Positions 18,668-28,209 of a stretch of 64,000 nucleotides of DNA are shown here, piece after piece. Every line of letters begins with the position of its first letter. Position 1 is the first letter of the stretch. A program made the translations under genes and the position numbers. The stretch is from Polyangiaceae bacterium (GTDB lineage: Bacteria > Myxococcota_A > Polyangia > Polyangiales > Polyangiaceae): NCBI GenBank assembly GCA_043732195.1, contig JAYTHX010000316.1:7575-71574 (forward strand). Direction: 5' to 3'. The notes beneath the pieces are model-generated. The model did no database searches, was not told the DNA's origin, and saw nothing but the letters and a program-made list of their open reading frames with translations.

Positions 18668-19617
18668 TGTGGAGCCATCGCCATCTCCTCGGGATCGAGG
18701 ATCTCAGCGCCACCGACATCGACGTCGTCCTCGACCGCGCCGAGCATTGGCACGCGCTCTCGCGAAAGACCGAGAAGAAGACCAGCCTGCTCAGGGGCCG
18801 CACGGTCATGAACCTCTTCTTCGAGGTGTCGACCCGCACGCGAACCTCCTTCGAGATCGCCGGCAAGCGCCTCGGCGCGGACGTCGTGAACGTGAGCCCT
18901 TCGACGTCGAGCGTCGCCAAGGGCGAGACGCTCCTCGACACCGCGAAGAACCTCGAGGCGATGCGCACCGACCTCTTCATCGTGCGCCACGCGAGCTCCG
19001 GTGCGCCCGCGTTCCTCGCGAAGCGCTTGCAGGATGCAGCCATCGTCAACGCGGGTGATGGCGCGCACGAGCACCCCACGCAGGCGCTGCTCGATGCGTT
19101 CACGATCCGCCGCCACAAGGGCAAGCTCGACGGGCTGGTGGTGGCCATCTGCGGGGACATCCTGCACTCGCGCGTCGCCCGCTCCAACGCGCTGCTGCTC
19201 GGCAAGAAGGGCGCGGAGGTGCGCCTCTGCGCGCCGAAGACGATGATGCCGCTCCACGCCGATCGCCTCGGCGACACGGTGAAGGTGGTCCCGCGCCTCG
19301 AAGCGGCCGTCGAAGGCGCGGACGTCGTGATGATGCTCCGCATCCAGACCGAGCGGCTCGCGGGCGCGATGATGTCGACGACGCGGGAGTACGCGCGCAC
19401 GTTCGGCCTCAACGCCGAGATGCTCGGGCGCGCCAAGCCCGACGCCATCGTGATGCATCCGGGCCCGATCAACCGCGGCGTCGAGCTCGCGCACAGCCTC
19501 GCTGACGACAGCGGTCGCAGCGTGATCCTCGATCAGGTGGAGTCAGGCGTCGCGGTGCGCATGGCGGTGCTCGACCTGCTGCTGTCGACGACCGGCGCGC
19601 CGAGCGCCGAGGCATGA
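18667..19617 (+). CDS. pyrB: aspartate carbamoyltransferase catalytic subunit
   Basis: [29 protein letters not shown] motifs. Start at ATG 18667. Confidence 0.95.
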   Translation: MWSHRHLLGIEDLSATDIDVVLDRAEHWHALSRKTEKKTSLLRGRTVMNLFFEVSTRTRTSFEIAGKRLGADVVNVSPSTSSVAKGETLLDTAKNLEAMRTDLFIVRHASSGAPAFLAKRLQDAAIVNAGDGAHEHPTQALLDAFTIRRHKGKLDGLVVAICGDILHSRVARSNALLLGKKGAEVRLCAPKTMMPLHADRLGDTVKVVPRLEAAVEGADVVMMLRIQTERLAGAMMSTTREYARTFGLNAEMLGRAKPDAIVMHPGPINRGVELAHSLADDSGRSVILDQVESGVAVRMAVLDLLLSTTGAPSAEA

Positions 19618-20486
19618 CGACGCTGCGGGGGATCCCCGTGGCCCGCGGCGAGCGTCCGGCGGGGCCGCTGCGTGGCGGCCATGCGCCGCTCGGCGTGTTC
19701 GACTCGGGGCTCGGCGGCCTCACCGTGGTGCGGGCGCTGCGCGAGGCGCTGCCCCACGAGGACATCGTCTACCTCGGCGATACGGCGCGCGTGCCCTACG
19801 GCACGAAGGGCCCCGCCACGATCACGCGCTACGCGCTGACCTGCGCGAACCACCTCGTGGCGCGCGGCGTGAAGGCGATCGTGATCGCGTGCAACACGGT
19901 GAGCGCCGTCGCGCCCGAGCGGCTGCGCGTGGAGCTCGATCTCCCGGTGCTCGGCGTGATCGAGCCGGGGGCGCGCGCCGCCGCGGACGCCACGCGCCTC
20001 TTCAAGGTGGGCGTGCTCGCCACCGCGGGCACCATCGCGTCGGGCGCGTATCCGCGCGCGCTCTCCGCGTGCTCGACGCGCATCGAGACGTACGGTCAGG
20101 CCGCCCCGCTGCTCGTGCCGCTCGCCGAGGAGGGCTGGACCACCGGCGAGGTGCCGCGCCTCGCCGCGCGCCGCTACCTCGAGCCGCTGGCGCGTGCAGG
20201 CGTCGACGTCATCGTGCTGGGCTGCACGCACTATCCCCTGCTCTACGAGGTGATCCAGGAGGAGGCGAGGAGCCTGCTCGGTGACCATGTCACGATCATC
20301 GACAGCGCCCAGGCCGTGGCGCGCGAGGTCGCCTCGTTCCTGGAGAGCCGCACGCTCCTGCGCGAGGCGGCGCTGGGCCAAGGCGCGGTGAAGCTGCTGG
20401 TGACGGATCTGCCGAAGAGCTTCGACGCGACGGCGGAGAGGTTCCTGGGGAGCGAGGTGGGCGGGGCGGAGCAGGTGGATCTGTAG
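19614..20486 (+). CDS. murI: glutamate racemase
   Basis: [32 protein letters not shown] motifs. ATGA overlap with pyrB. Confidence 0.95.
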   Translation: MTTLRGIPVARGERPAGPLRGGHAPLGVFDSGLGGLTVVRALREALPHEDIVYLGDTARVPYGTKGPATITRYALTCANHLVARGVKAIVIACNTVSAVAPERLRVELDLPVLGVIEPGARAAADATRLFKVGVLATAGTIASGAYPRALSACSTRIETYGQAAPLLVPLAEEGWTTGEVPRLAARRYLEPLARAGVDVIVLGCTHYPLLYEVIQEEARSLLGDHVTIIDSAQAVAREVASFLESRTLLREAALGQGAVKLLVTDLPKSFDATAERFLGSEVGGAEQVDL

Positions 20487-20521
20487 GGGAGAGACGAGAG
20501 GGAGATGACGGGGAACCGTCT

Positions 20522-21805
20522 TCAGTGAACCCGGATCATCCGCGGTGGCTTCGCCACGAAGTCGCTCGCGGCGATCGTCGCCAGCGCCGCCTGCACGGCG
20601 CTCTCCTTCGTGTCGTGCGTCAGCATCACGACGTCCACCGGCACATCGGCCGAGCCCCTGCCCTGCTGAACCATCTGCTCGATCGAGACGCCGCGCTCGC
20701 CCAGCGCGCCCGTGATGCGCGCCAGCACGCCCGGGCGATCGAACACCGAGAAGCGGAAGTAGTAGCGGCCTTCCACCCCCGCCATCGGCGCGATGGCTCT
20801 CGGCGAGAGCCGGATCGCGCGGGTGCTCTGCCCCGCCACGCCGCTCTTCTTCGCGATCGCGGCGTCGACCACGTCTGCGACGACGCTCACCGCGGTCGGG
20901 AGGTCGCCCGCGCCCCGACCGGAGAGCAAGCAAGGCCCGAGCGCGCGGCCCTCGATCGCGATCGCGTTCAGCACGCCGTTGATGTTCGCGAGCGGTGACT
21001 CCTTGGCCACCAGCGCCGGATGCACGCGCATCTCGATCGCGTCGCCGCGGTCCTTCGCGACCGCCAAGTGCTTCACCACGTAACCGAAGCGCTCCGCGAA
21101 CACGTGATCGACCGGCTCCACGCCCCGGATCCCCTCGGTCGGGATGTCGGTGCCGTCGAGACGCGCGCCGAACGCGAGCATCGCGAGGACGACGAGCTTG
21201 TGCGCGGCATCGCCGCCGTCGACATCGAGCCCGGGGTCGGCCTCGGCGTAGCCCTTCTCCTGCGCTTCCTTCAGCGCGGCCTCGAAGGAGAGTCCGTCCT
21301 GGCGCATGCGCGTGAGGATGTAGTTCGAGGTCCCGTTCACGATGCCGGAGAGGCTCGCGATGGTGTCGCTCGCGAGCGCATCGCGCAGCACGCGGATGAC
21401 CGGAATGCCGCCGCCGACGGCGCCCTCGAACGCGAGGTCGACGCCGCGCTTCTTCGCACGCTCGAGCAGCTCGCCGCCGTGCAGCGCGAGCAGCATCTTG
21501 TTGGCGGTCACCACCTGCTTGCCCGACTCGATGGCGCGATCGAGGTAGGCGCGCGCGGGATCGACGCCGCCCATCACCTCGACCACGACATCGATCGAAG
21601 CATCGCCGAGGATGGCCTCGGGGTCGGTGGTGAGGCGCGCCCGATCGAGCTCCGGGACACGCTCCTTGTCGGGGTCGCGCACGAGCACGCGCGTGATGTC
21701 GAGCGCGTCGCCGACGCGCGCCTCGAGGTACGCCGCGTTCGCGCGCAGCAGCTGGATGACCCCGCCCCCGACCGTCCCGCAGCCCAGCAGGCCGACCTTG
21801 ATCAT
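20522..21805 (-). CDS. hom: homoserine dehydrogenase (with C-terminal ACT domain)
   Basis: MIKVGLLGCGTVGGGV, NGTSNYILT, and an ACT-like tail. Confidence 0.95.
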   Translation of the reverse strand: MIKVGLLGCGTVGGGVIQLLRANAAYLEARVGDALDITRVLVRDPDKERVPELDRARLTTDPEAILGDASIDVVVEVMGGVDPARAYLDRAIESGKQVVTANKMLLALHGGELLERAKKRGVDLAFEGAVGGGIPVIRVLRDALASDTIASLSGIVNGTSNYILTRMRQDGLSFEAALKEAQEKGYAEADPGLDVDGGDAAHKLVVLAMLAFGARLDGTDIPTEGIRGVEPVDHVFAERFGYVVKHLAVAKDRGDAIEMRVHPALVAKESPLANINGVLNAIAIEGRALGPCLLSGRGAGDLPTAVSVVADVVDAAIAKKSGVAGQSTRAIRLSPRAIAPMAGVEGRYYFRFSVFDRPGVLARITGALGERGVSIEQMVQQGRGSADVPVDVVMLTHDTKESAVQAALATIAASDFVAKPPRMIRVH

Positions 21806-21823
21806 GCGGCGATCCTCGCCGGA

Positions 21824-21853
21824 TCAGACGCCGGGGTCACGCACGATCGACGG
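21824..21853. repeat. 30-bp direct repeat, copy 1 (duplicate of the 3' end of STK-1)
   Basis: tcagacgccggggtcacgcacgatcgacgg is 29/30 identical to 22061-22090. It lies 18 nt upstream of the hom ATG. Confidence 0.85.
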
Positions 21854-22060
21854 GGCCGGCGCGGCTCGTCGCGCGCCTGCCGCGGCCCTGACCTGGACGA
21901 GGGGCAGTGGTCCCCTTTCGAGCGTGTGTCCGAGACCGTGCTCTTGGGCTCGGACGCGCGCGGTGCTGCGGACGGTACGAGGAGGAGCGGGGGTGGTGGA
22001 TCTGGAAACTTCCTCCGCGTCGCGCCGAGGGTGCGGGACGCCCCCGGAATCGTCCCCCGC

Positions 22061-22090
22061 TCAGAAGCCGGGGTCACGCACGATCGACGG
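22061..22090. repeat. 30-bp direct repeat, copy 2 (the last 9 codons plus stop of STK-1)
   Basis: tcagaagccggggtcacgcacgatcgacgg encodes ..PSIVRDPGF-stop on the minus strand. Confidence 0.85.
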
Positions 22091-23437
22091 CTCGGCGTGC
22101 GGCGCCCGCGCCTTCGGTGCGGGCCTGGTGGCCTTCGCCGCGCCCGCGTCGTCCGTCGCGCTCGGGCGCGCATCCGAGCTCGAACCCACGCTCGCGCTCG
22201 ACGGAGGGCTCGCGCTCGACGCCGCGCTCAGGCTCGACGCCGCGCTGCTACCAACCACCGAAGGCGCCCCGCTCCCGGCCGCGCTGGTGGTCGCCACGCG
22301 CCCGCGCTCCGGCCCTCCTGCGCTCCGCACCATCGCCGCCACGGTGAGCACCACCGCCGCCGCGACCACGACGCCGACGATCGCCACGCCCCGTCGCTGC
22401 CGCGGCGACGCTGCGACGATCGCCTCCTCCTCCGGCCGCTCCGCCCCGCTCACGGGCGGCACGGTCACGATCGAGTCGCCGCCGAGCGGCGGCACGATCG
22501 CCTTGGGCATGCTCCGGATCCCCGACTGCGGGCCCGAGTCCGTGATCGACGTCCGCCCCGCCGCGCGACGGAGGGCGATCCCGAGCTCGGTGGCGTCCGC
22601 GAAGCGCGCCTCGGGATCCTTCGCGAGGCAGCGCGCGACCACGTCCCAGATGGCGTCCGGCACGCCGCTCGGCCGCGGCGGCTCGAGGTTCAAGATCGCC
22701 GACACCACCGAGTGGAAGTGCTCGCTCTCGAAAGGATTCCGCCCCGCGAGCAGCATGTAGACCAGGATCCCGGCCGAGAACACGTCGCTCCGCGCGTCGA
22801 TGTTGCGCGAGCCGCGCGCCTGCTCCGGGGACATGTAGCTCGGCGTGCCGAGCATGATCCCATCGAGCGTCACCGGCGCCGGGCCCGGGGTCAGTGAGCT
22901 ACGGCCGACCTCGGGCGCCATCTTCGAGACGCCGAAGTCGAGCACCTTCGGGATCACGTGGCCGTCGGGATCGACCGCGAGGAACACGTTTTCCGGCTTC
23001 AGATCGCGGTGCACGACGCCCGCGCGGTGGGCATGCGCGAGCGCGGAGAGGAACGGCACCGCGAGGTCGACGGCCTCGTCGAGCGGCAGCTTCCCGCGCT
23101 TCATCAGCAGGTCGCCGAGCGTCTCGCCGTGCAGCAGCTCCATGACGATGGCGAGCGCCGCCGGCTTGCCGCTGGTGGTCGTCTCGCCGCTCGGCCCGAG
23201 CTCCACGAGATCGAAGATGCGCACGATCGCGCGGTGGCTGAGCCGCGCCGCCGCGTAGGCCTCGCGGCGGAAGCGCTCGACGGACTCGTCATCGCTCTTC
23301 TCCGGCACGAGGATCTTCACGCAGACCTCGGCGCCCGTGGCCTCGTTCGTCGCCACCCAGAGCTGCGCCATCCCCCCGAAGCCCGCGGGTCTCGTGAGGC
23401 GATACTTGCGCGCCAGCAGCGCGCCCTCCTCGAGCAC
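22061..23437 (-). CDS. membrane-anchored Ser/Thr protein kinase (STK-1)
   Basis: Hanks kinase motifs (GGMAQLW, VCVKIL, HRDLKPENV, DFG, SYMSPEQ). One TM helix (IVGVVVAAAVVLTVAAMV) and a Ser/Ala-rich ectodomain ending in DPGF. Confidence 0.9.
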   Translation of the reverse strand: MLEEGALLARKYRLTRPAGFGGMAQLWVATNEATGAEVCVKILVPEKSDDESVERFRREAYAAARLSHRAIVRIFDLVELGPSGETTTSGKPAALAIVMELLHGETLGDLLMKRGKLPLDEAVDLAVPFLSALAHAHRAGVVHRDLKPENVFLAVDPDGHVIPKVLDFGVSKMAPEVGRSSLTPGPAPVTLDGIMLGTPSYMSPEQARGSRNIDARSDVFSAGILVYMLLAGRNPFESEHFHSVVSAILNLEPPRPSGVPDAIWDVVARCLAKDPEARFADATELGIALRRAAGRTSITDSGPQSGIRSMPKAIVPPLGGDSIVTVPPVSGAERPEEEAIVAASPRQRRGVAIVGVVVAAAVVLTVAAMVRSAGGPERGRVATTSAAGSGAPSVVGSSAASSLSAASSASPPSSASVGSSSDARPSATDDAGAAKATRPAPKARAPHAEPSIVRDPGF

Positions 23438-23655
23438 GAGGGTGCGCTCGTCGGGGCCGGAGGCGGGGGGAGGCAGAGAAGAAGGCAGGCGTGCGTCCTT
23501 CGAACGAGGAAGACCCTCTGATCGTGAAGGCTCGCGAACGATCCGTCCAGCGGACGGAGCAATTCATTTTACGTCGTACGTGTGCCCACAAAGCAGAAAG
23601 GCGAGAGATTCCACGACTGCCGTGGGACCTCCCGCCTCCGCGTCATCCGTTTGGA

Positions 23656-26073
23656 CTAGTTCGGCGTGACCACGGCCGGCTCGGCGGCCGGCTTCGGGGT
23701 GAGCTTCCCCTCGAGGGCAGCCTCGAGGACCTGGTCCATCTTCGCGCACGTGATGAACTCGAGCTCCGCCTTGATCTCGGCCGGCACCTCGTCGAGGTCG
23801 GCCTTGTTGCGCTCCGGGATGAGCACGCGCTTGATGCCTGCACGGTGCGCCGCGAGCACCTTCTCCTTGAGACCGCCGATGGGCAGCACGCGGCCGCGCA
23901 ACGTGATCTCGCCGGTCATCGCTACGTCGTGCCGGACGCGAACGCCGGTGAGCATCGAGACGAGCGCGGTGAACATCGTGACGCCAGCGGACGGTCCGTC
24001 CTTCGGCATGCCGCCCGCGGGGATGTGGATGTGGATGTCGGTCTTCTCGAGGAAGTCCTTCGAGATGCCGAAGCGCTCCGCGTTCGAGCGGACGTACGAG
24101 AGGGCCGCCTGCGCGGACTCCTTCATGACGTCGCCGAGCTGGCCGGTGAGCTGCATCTTGCCCGAGCCGAACATCTTGGTGGCCTCGATGAAGAGGATCT
24201 CACCGCCGACGCTCGTCCAGGCGAGGCCGGTGGCGACGCCCGCCTCCTCGGTACGCTCCGCGACCTCGCTCGTGTAGCGAGGCGCGCCGAGGAACTCGAT
24301 GACGCCCTCTTCGTCCTTCAGGACGCGAGGGGTCGTGTCGCCTTCGGCGATCTTCACCGCGACGCCGCGGATGCAGCTCGCGATCTGACGCTCGAGCGTA
24401 CGTACCCCGGCCTCACGCGTGTAGTGGTCGATGATCGAGTCCACCGCGGGATCCTGGATATCGAGCATCTCCTTCGTGATGCCGTGCTCCTCGATCTGCT
24501 TGGGGATGAGGTGCTGGCGCGCGATGGCGAGCTTCTCGTTCCGCGTGTAGCCGGGGATCTCGAGGATCTCCATGCGGTCGCGGAGCGGAGGGGGGATGGG
24601 GTCGGCGACGTTCGCGGTCGCGACGAACATCACGTTCGAGAGATCGAACGGGATCTCGAGGTAGTGGTCGGCGAACGTGTTGTTCTGCTCGGGGTCGAGG
24701 ACCTCGAGGAGCGCCGCCGCGGGGTCGCCGCGGAAGTCGTGGCCGATCTTGTCGACCTCGTCGAGCATGAAGACCGGGTTGATGGTCCCGACCTTCTTCA
24801 TACCCTGGATGATCTGCCCGGGCAGCGCGCCGACGTACGTACGGCGGTGACCGCGGATGGCGGCTTCGTCGTGCACGCCGCCGAGCGAGATGCGGTGGAA
24901 CTTGCGCCCGAGCGATCGAGCGATCGAGCGACCGAGCGACGTCTTGCCGACGCCGGGCGGGCCGATGAGACAGAGGATCGGGCCCTTCTTGTCCTTCTTC
25001 AGCTTGCGGACGGCGAGGTACTCGAGGATGCGCTTCTTGACCTTCTCGAGGCCGTAGTGATCCTCGTCGAGGACCTTGCGGACCGCGGCGATCTCGAGGT
25101 TGTCGGGCGTCTGCGCGTGCCACGGCAGGTCGAGGATCCAGTCGAGGTACGTCCGGACGACCGTGTACTCGGCAGAGCCGACCTGCATGTTGCGCAGGCG
25201 CTTCAGCTGCTTCTTTGCGACGCTCTCGGCCTCGGTGGGGAGCTGCGCCTTCGAGATGCGGTCCTCGATGCCGTCGAGATCGCCCTGGTCGCCGTCGTCC
25301 TCGCCGAGCTCCTCCTTGATGGCCTTGAGCTGCTGGCGGAGCACGTACTCGCGCTGGTTCTTCCCCATCTCCTCCTTGATCTGGGAGTTGATGCGCTCGC
25401 GCATCTTGAGGATCTCGAGCTGGCGCGTGAGGAGGCGGAGGACCTTGCGGATCCGCTCCTTCGCGTCGACCGTCTCGAGCAGCTGCGCCTTCTCCTCGAC
25501 CGGTGCGTCGAGGTTCGCGGCGACGAGATCCGCGAGCGCGCCGGGCGCCTGGATCGAGTCGATGAGCGAGCCCGCCTCGCGCGGGAGCTCCGGCATCAGC
25601 TGGATGACCTGCTTCGCGATGTCGCGCAGGCTCATCGAGAGGGCCTCGGCCTCGTCGTCGTCGACGACGGCGCTCTCGAGCTTCTTGACCTTCGCCTTCA
25701 GGTACGGCGCGGTCTGCGTCACGTCCATCAGCTTGATCCGCGTGAGCCCCTGGAGGATCAGCGAGTAGTTGCCGGAGCTGTGCTTGAGCGCCTTGAGGAC
25801 GCGCGCCGCGCAGCCGACCTGGTGCAGATCATCGGCCTGCGGGTCGTCGGTCGCGGGATCCTTCTGCGCGAAGATCGCGATGACGGGCGACGGAAAGTTG
25901 TCGACGTCCTCCACGAGCGCGACCGACTTCTCGCGTCCCACGTCGAACGGCGCGACCGCGCCCGGAAACAGTACGGCATTGCGGATCGGCAGGACCGGCA
26001 GCTCGTCGCCGAACTGGACCTGCTCTTCGTCCTTCTCGGTACGCGCTCCCGCAGGGCCCTTCTTCTCGGACAT
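23656..26073 (-). CDS. lon: ATP-dependent Lon protease
   Basis: 805 aa. Contains the LON N-domain, Walker A GPPGVGKTS and the protease motif PKDGPSAG. Confidence 0.97.
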   Translation of the reverse strand: MSEKKGPAGARTEKDEEQVQFGDELPVLPIRNAVLFPGAVAPFDVGREKSVALVEDVDNFPSPVIAIFAQKDPATDDPQADDLHQVGCAARVLKALKHSSGNYSLILQGLTRIKLMDVTQTAPYLKAKVKKLESAVVDDDEAEALSMSLRDIAKQVIQLMPELPREAGSLIDSIQAPGALADLVAANLDAPVEEKAQLLETVDAKERIRKVLRLLTRQLEILKMRERINSQIKEEMGKNQREYVLRQQLKAIKEELGEDDGDQGDLDGIEDRISKAQLPTEAESVAKKQLKRLRNMQVGSAEYTVVRTYLDWILDLPWHAQTPDNLEIAAVRKVLDEDHYGLEKVKKRILEYLAVRKLKKDKKGPILCLIGPPGVGKTSLGRSIARSLGRKFHRISLGGVHDEAAIRGHRRTYVGALPGQIIQGMKKVGTINPVFMLDEVDKIGHDFRGDPAAALLEVLDPEQNNTFADHYLEIPFDLSNVMFVATANVADPIPPPLRDRMEILEIPGYTRNEKLAIARQHLIPKQIEEHGITKEMLDIQDPAVDSIIDHYTREAGVRTLERQIASCIRGVAVKIAEGDTTPRVLKDEEGVIEFLGAPRYTSEVAERTEEAGVATGLAWTSVGGEILFIEATKMFGSGKMQLTGQLGDVMKESAQAALSYVRSNAERFGISKDFLEKTDIHIHIPAGGMPKDGPSAGVTMFTALVSMLTGVRVRHDVAMTGEITLRGRVLPIGGLKEKVLAAHRAGIKRVLIPERNKADLDEVPAEIKAELEFITCAKMDQVLEAALEGKLTPKPAAEPAVVTPN

Positions 26074-26097
26074 GTTCAGTTACCTCAATGGGAGAAG

Positions 26098-26188
26098 CTG
26101 ACAGCTGACAGCTGGCAGTCAGAATCACGTGCTCGTCTCGTCTCGGAACTGTCGGCTGTCAGCTGTGTGAGCTGTGAGCTGTCAGCTG
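26098..26188. repeat. palindromic heptamer-array element, copy A
   Basis: Left arm (ctgacag)x2-ctggcag-tcag. Spacer containing gctcgtctcgtctcgg. Right arm ctgtcgg-ctgtcag-ctgtgtgag-ctgtgag-ctgtcag. It ends 25 nt upstream of the lon ATG. Confidence 0.8.
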
Positions 26189-26243
26189 CCGCTATCTTCC
26201 GTCTTATCGCGTGCTTTGGGCCAAACCTAGGGCTTTTCTACAC

Positions 26244-27626
26244 CTACAGACGTTCACTCGGCGACACGCCCGCGACCGCACGGTCCGGCTCCAGCGTGTG
26301 GATGCACAGGCCGGTGAGCACCTTCGGATGGAAGAACGTGCTTTTTTGCGGCATGACCTCGCCGGCCTCCGCGACCTCTCGCACCTGCGCCACGGGGGTC
26401 GCGTTCATGAGAAAGAGGACCTGCCCCTTGCCACTGCGCAGCTCGCGCAGCGCCATCGCCCCGTCCTGAGGATAGTAGATGTTCGTCTTCGCCGCCTGCG
26501 CCTCGGGCGTGATCCCGAGCACCGGCTCGAGCAGGCCCATGTGGAGCAGCGCGACGTCGGTGCGGCGGAGCGGCGCGGGCCGCTTGCCCAAGATCGGGTG
26601 CGACGCGAGGTCGGCATCCTTTTTCAGCGTGAAGAGCGTGGCGCGGCCGTCGCCCGAGCACGCGACGAGGCTCGGGCCTGCCTCCCGCCCCGCCTTCGCG
26701 AGCGCGTCGGTCAGGACGTCAGCGGAGGCGCCGCCGGGCAGCGGCGTGACGTCGAACAGGTCGGCGGCGTTCTTCCCGAGCTCGTTGAAGTCGAAGCTCG
26801 GCAGCGAGTGGATATGGCGGTGCGTCGGGAAGACCACGAGGTTCGGATCGTCGCCGTTGGCGAAGAACACCATGAAGTACAGATGCTCGCCGCGACCGTC
26901 CGGTGCGGCGCTGCGCGCGGTGTCGCTCTTCGCGGCCTCGGCCGCCTCCTGCGAGTAGCGGAGCGCGGTCTCGTAGCGGTGGTGCCCGTCGGCGATGAGC
27001 AGCGACGACTTCGCGACGCCCTCGACGATCGCGCGGATCGCGGCCGGGTCGGTGATCTTCGCCACCGCGTGCTGGATGCCGTCGGCGGTGGTGAACGAGG
27101 CGAGGTCGCTCGCGTTCTCGAGCGCGGCGTCGAGCTTCCGCTCGGGGTCGCGGTAGAGCATGAAGCCGGGCGACAGGTTCGTGCGCGTCGCGCGGAACAG
27201 CTTGAGGCGGTCCTCCTTGGGGCCCGAGAGCGTGCGCTCGTGCGGCAGCACGATGCCCTGATCGAGCGGCACGATCTTCACGAGGCCGAGGAACCCGCGG
27301 CGCGTGATGGTCTTGCCGCCGGGCGCGCTGCCGGGCGCGGCGAACGTCTGGTCGTAGCGGTAGAACGCGGGCACGTCGTCGCGTACGAGATCGCCCTCGC
27401 CGCGCCACGCGCTGAGCAGATCCGCGGCGTGGCCGTACTTCGCGTCCCCCTCCCCGTCCGGAAGGATCAGCTTCACGACGTTCGTGGGGTGGCGCGCGGC
27501 GAGCTCGGCGCGCTGCGCGGCGTCGATCACGTCGTACGGAGGCGCGACGACGGACGCGAGCCCGCCCGAGCCTTCGAGGCGCGCGAGGTCGTAACGGAGG
27601 GGAGTGAGCGGGGCGATCTCGGCCAT
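26244..27626 (-). CDS. DUF1015 family protein
   Basis: MAEIAPLTPLRYD......VVAPPYDVI...., 460 aa. Length and N-terminal motif are typical of DUF1015. Confidence 0.8.
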   Translation of the reverse strand: MAEIAPLTPLRYDLARLEGSGGLASVVAPPYDVIDAAQRAELAARHPTNVVKLILPDGEGDAKYGHAADLLSAWRGEGDLVRDDVPAFYRYDQTFAAPGSAPGGKTITRRGFLGLVKIVPLDQGIVLPHERTLSGPKEDRLKLFRATRTNLSPGFMLYRDPERKLDAALENASDLASFTTADGIQHAVAKITDPAAIRAIVEGVAKSSLLIADGHHRYETALRYSQEAAEAAKSDTARSAAPDGRGEHLYFMVFFANGDDPNLVVFPTHRHIHSLPSFDFNELGKNAADLFDVTPLPGGASADVLTDALAKAGREAGPSLVACSGDGRATLFTLKKDADLASHPILGKRPAPLRRTDVALLHMGLLEPVLGITPEAQAAKTNIYYPQDGAMALRELRSGKGQVLFLMNATPVAQVREVAEAGEVMPQKSTFFHPKVLTGLCIHTLEPDRAVAGVSPSERL

Positions 27627-27720
27627 GGGCCGTGCAGTCTCTCACCCCGCGCTGCGCGCGAACAGTGAGGATCACCGAGCGCGCTCAGGCGGCGAAGGAT
27701 CTCCTCTCGCGTACCTCGAG

Positions 27721-28209
27721 CTAGCGGACGCAGCGGACGTAGAGCGGGGTCGGCGCGCTCCTGATCGCGGTCTTGCCGGTCCGGAAATCGACGGTCCAGA
27801 AGTCGCCAGGATTCAGGCCCGGCGTGCTCGTCCAGTAGGGCGTGTCGATGGGAGTCTTGGTCTCGGCGAACGCGTTCTGGTCGATGTACTTCTGCACGTT
27901 CGGCGGCTTGAACGAGCTGTCGTATTCGATGTGCGGATCCTCGTCGACGAGCGTGAGGAGCTCCTTCACGGTCGGGACGCGCCCGTTGCTGGCCGGGAAG
28001 ACCGTGCCGTCGCAGTAGCCCTGCGCGATTGCTGGGGTGGGCTGCTTGATGACGCTTTTCCGGTCCCAGACGAGCGACGTTTGGCGATCGCGGATCTCGA
28101 CCGCATCGGAGTCGAACTGCTCGTACTGCAGTGTGGGAGCGCTCGCAGTCGCGGGGAGGGCGATCGCAAGCACGGCGAGCACGACGACCACGGTGCGGGG
28201 GCGCATCAT
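27721..28209 (-). CDS. secreted DUF1566 (Lcl C-terminal-like) domain protein
   Basis: Signal peptide MMRPRTVVVVLAVLAIALPATASA. VPTVKELLTL...YWTSTP...FWTVDFRTG...LYVRCVR. ATGA overlap with the upstream gene. Confidence 0.75.
   Translation of the reverse strand: MMRPRTVVVVLAVLAIALPATASAPTLQYEQFDSDAVEIRDRQTSLVWDRKSVIKQPTPAIAQGYCDGTVFPASNGRVPTVKELLTLVDEDPHIEYDSSFKPPNVQKYIDQNAFAETKTPIDTPYWTSTPGLNPGDFWTVDFRTGKTAIRSAPTPLYVRCVR

Noticed and set aside
23438-23655. Lower-GC intergenic region between lon and STK-1, with a weak stem-loop (ccacggcagtcgtgg) after the lon stop, considered as a terminator or sRNA.
   Set aside because: The stem is only 5 bp and there is no convincing U-tract. I could not support a specific call.
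26209-26223. GG-N10-GC sequence (TGGCCCAAAGCACGC on the minus strand) upstream of lon, considered as a sigma54 promoter.
   Set aside because: Only the GG/GC dinucleotides match; the -12 region is ACGC rather than TTGC. Such matches are common by chance in high-GC DNA.
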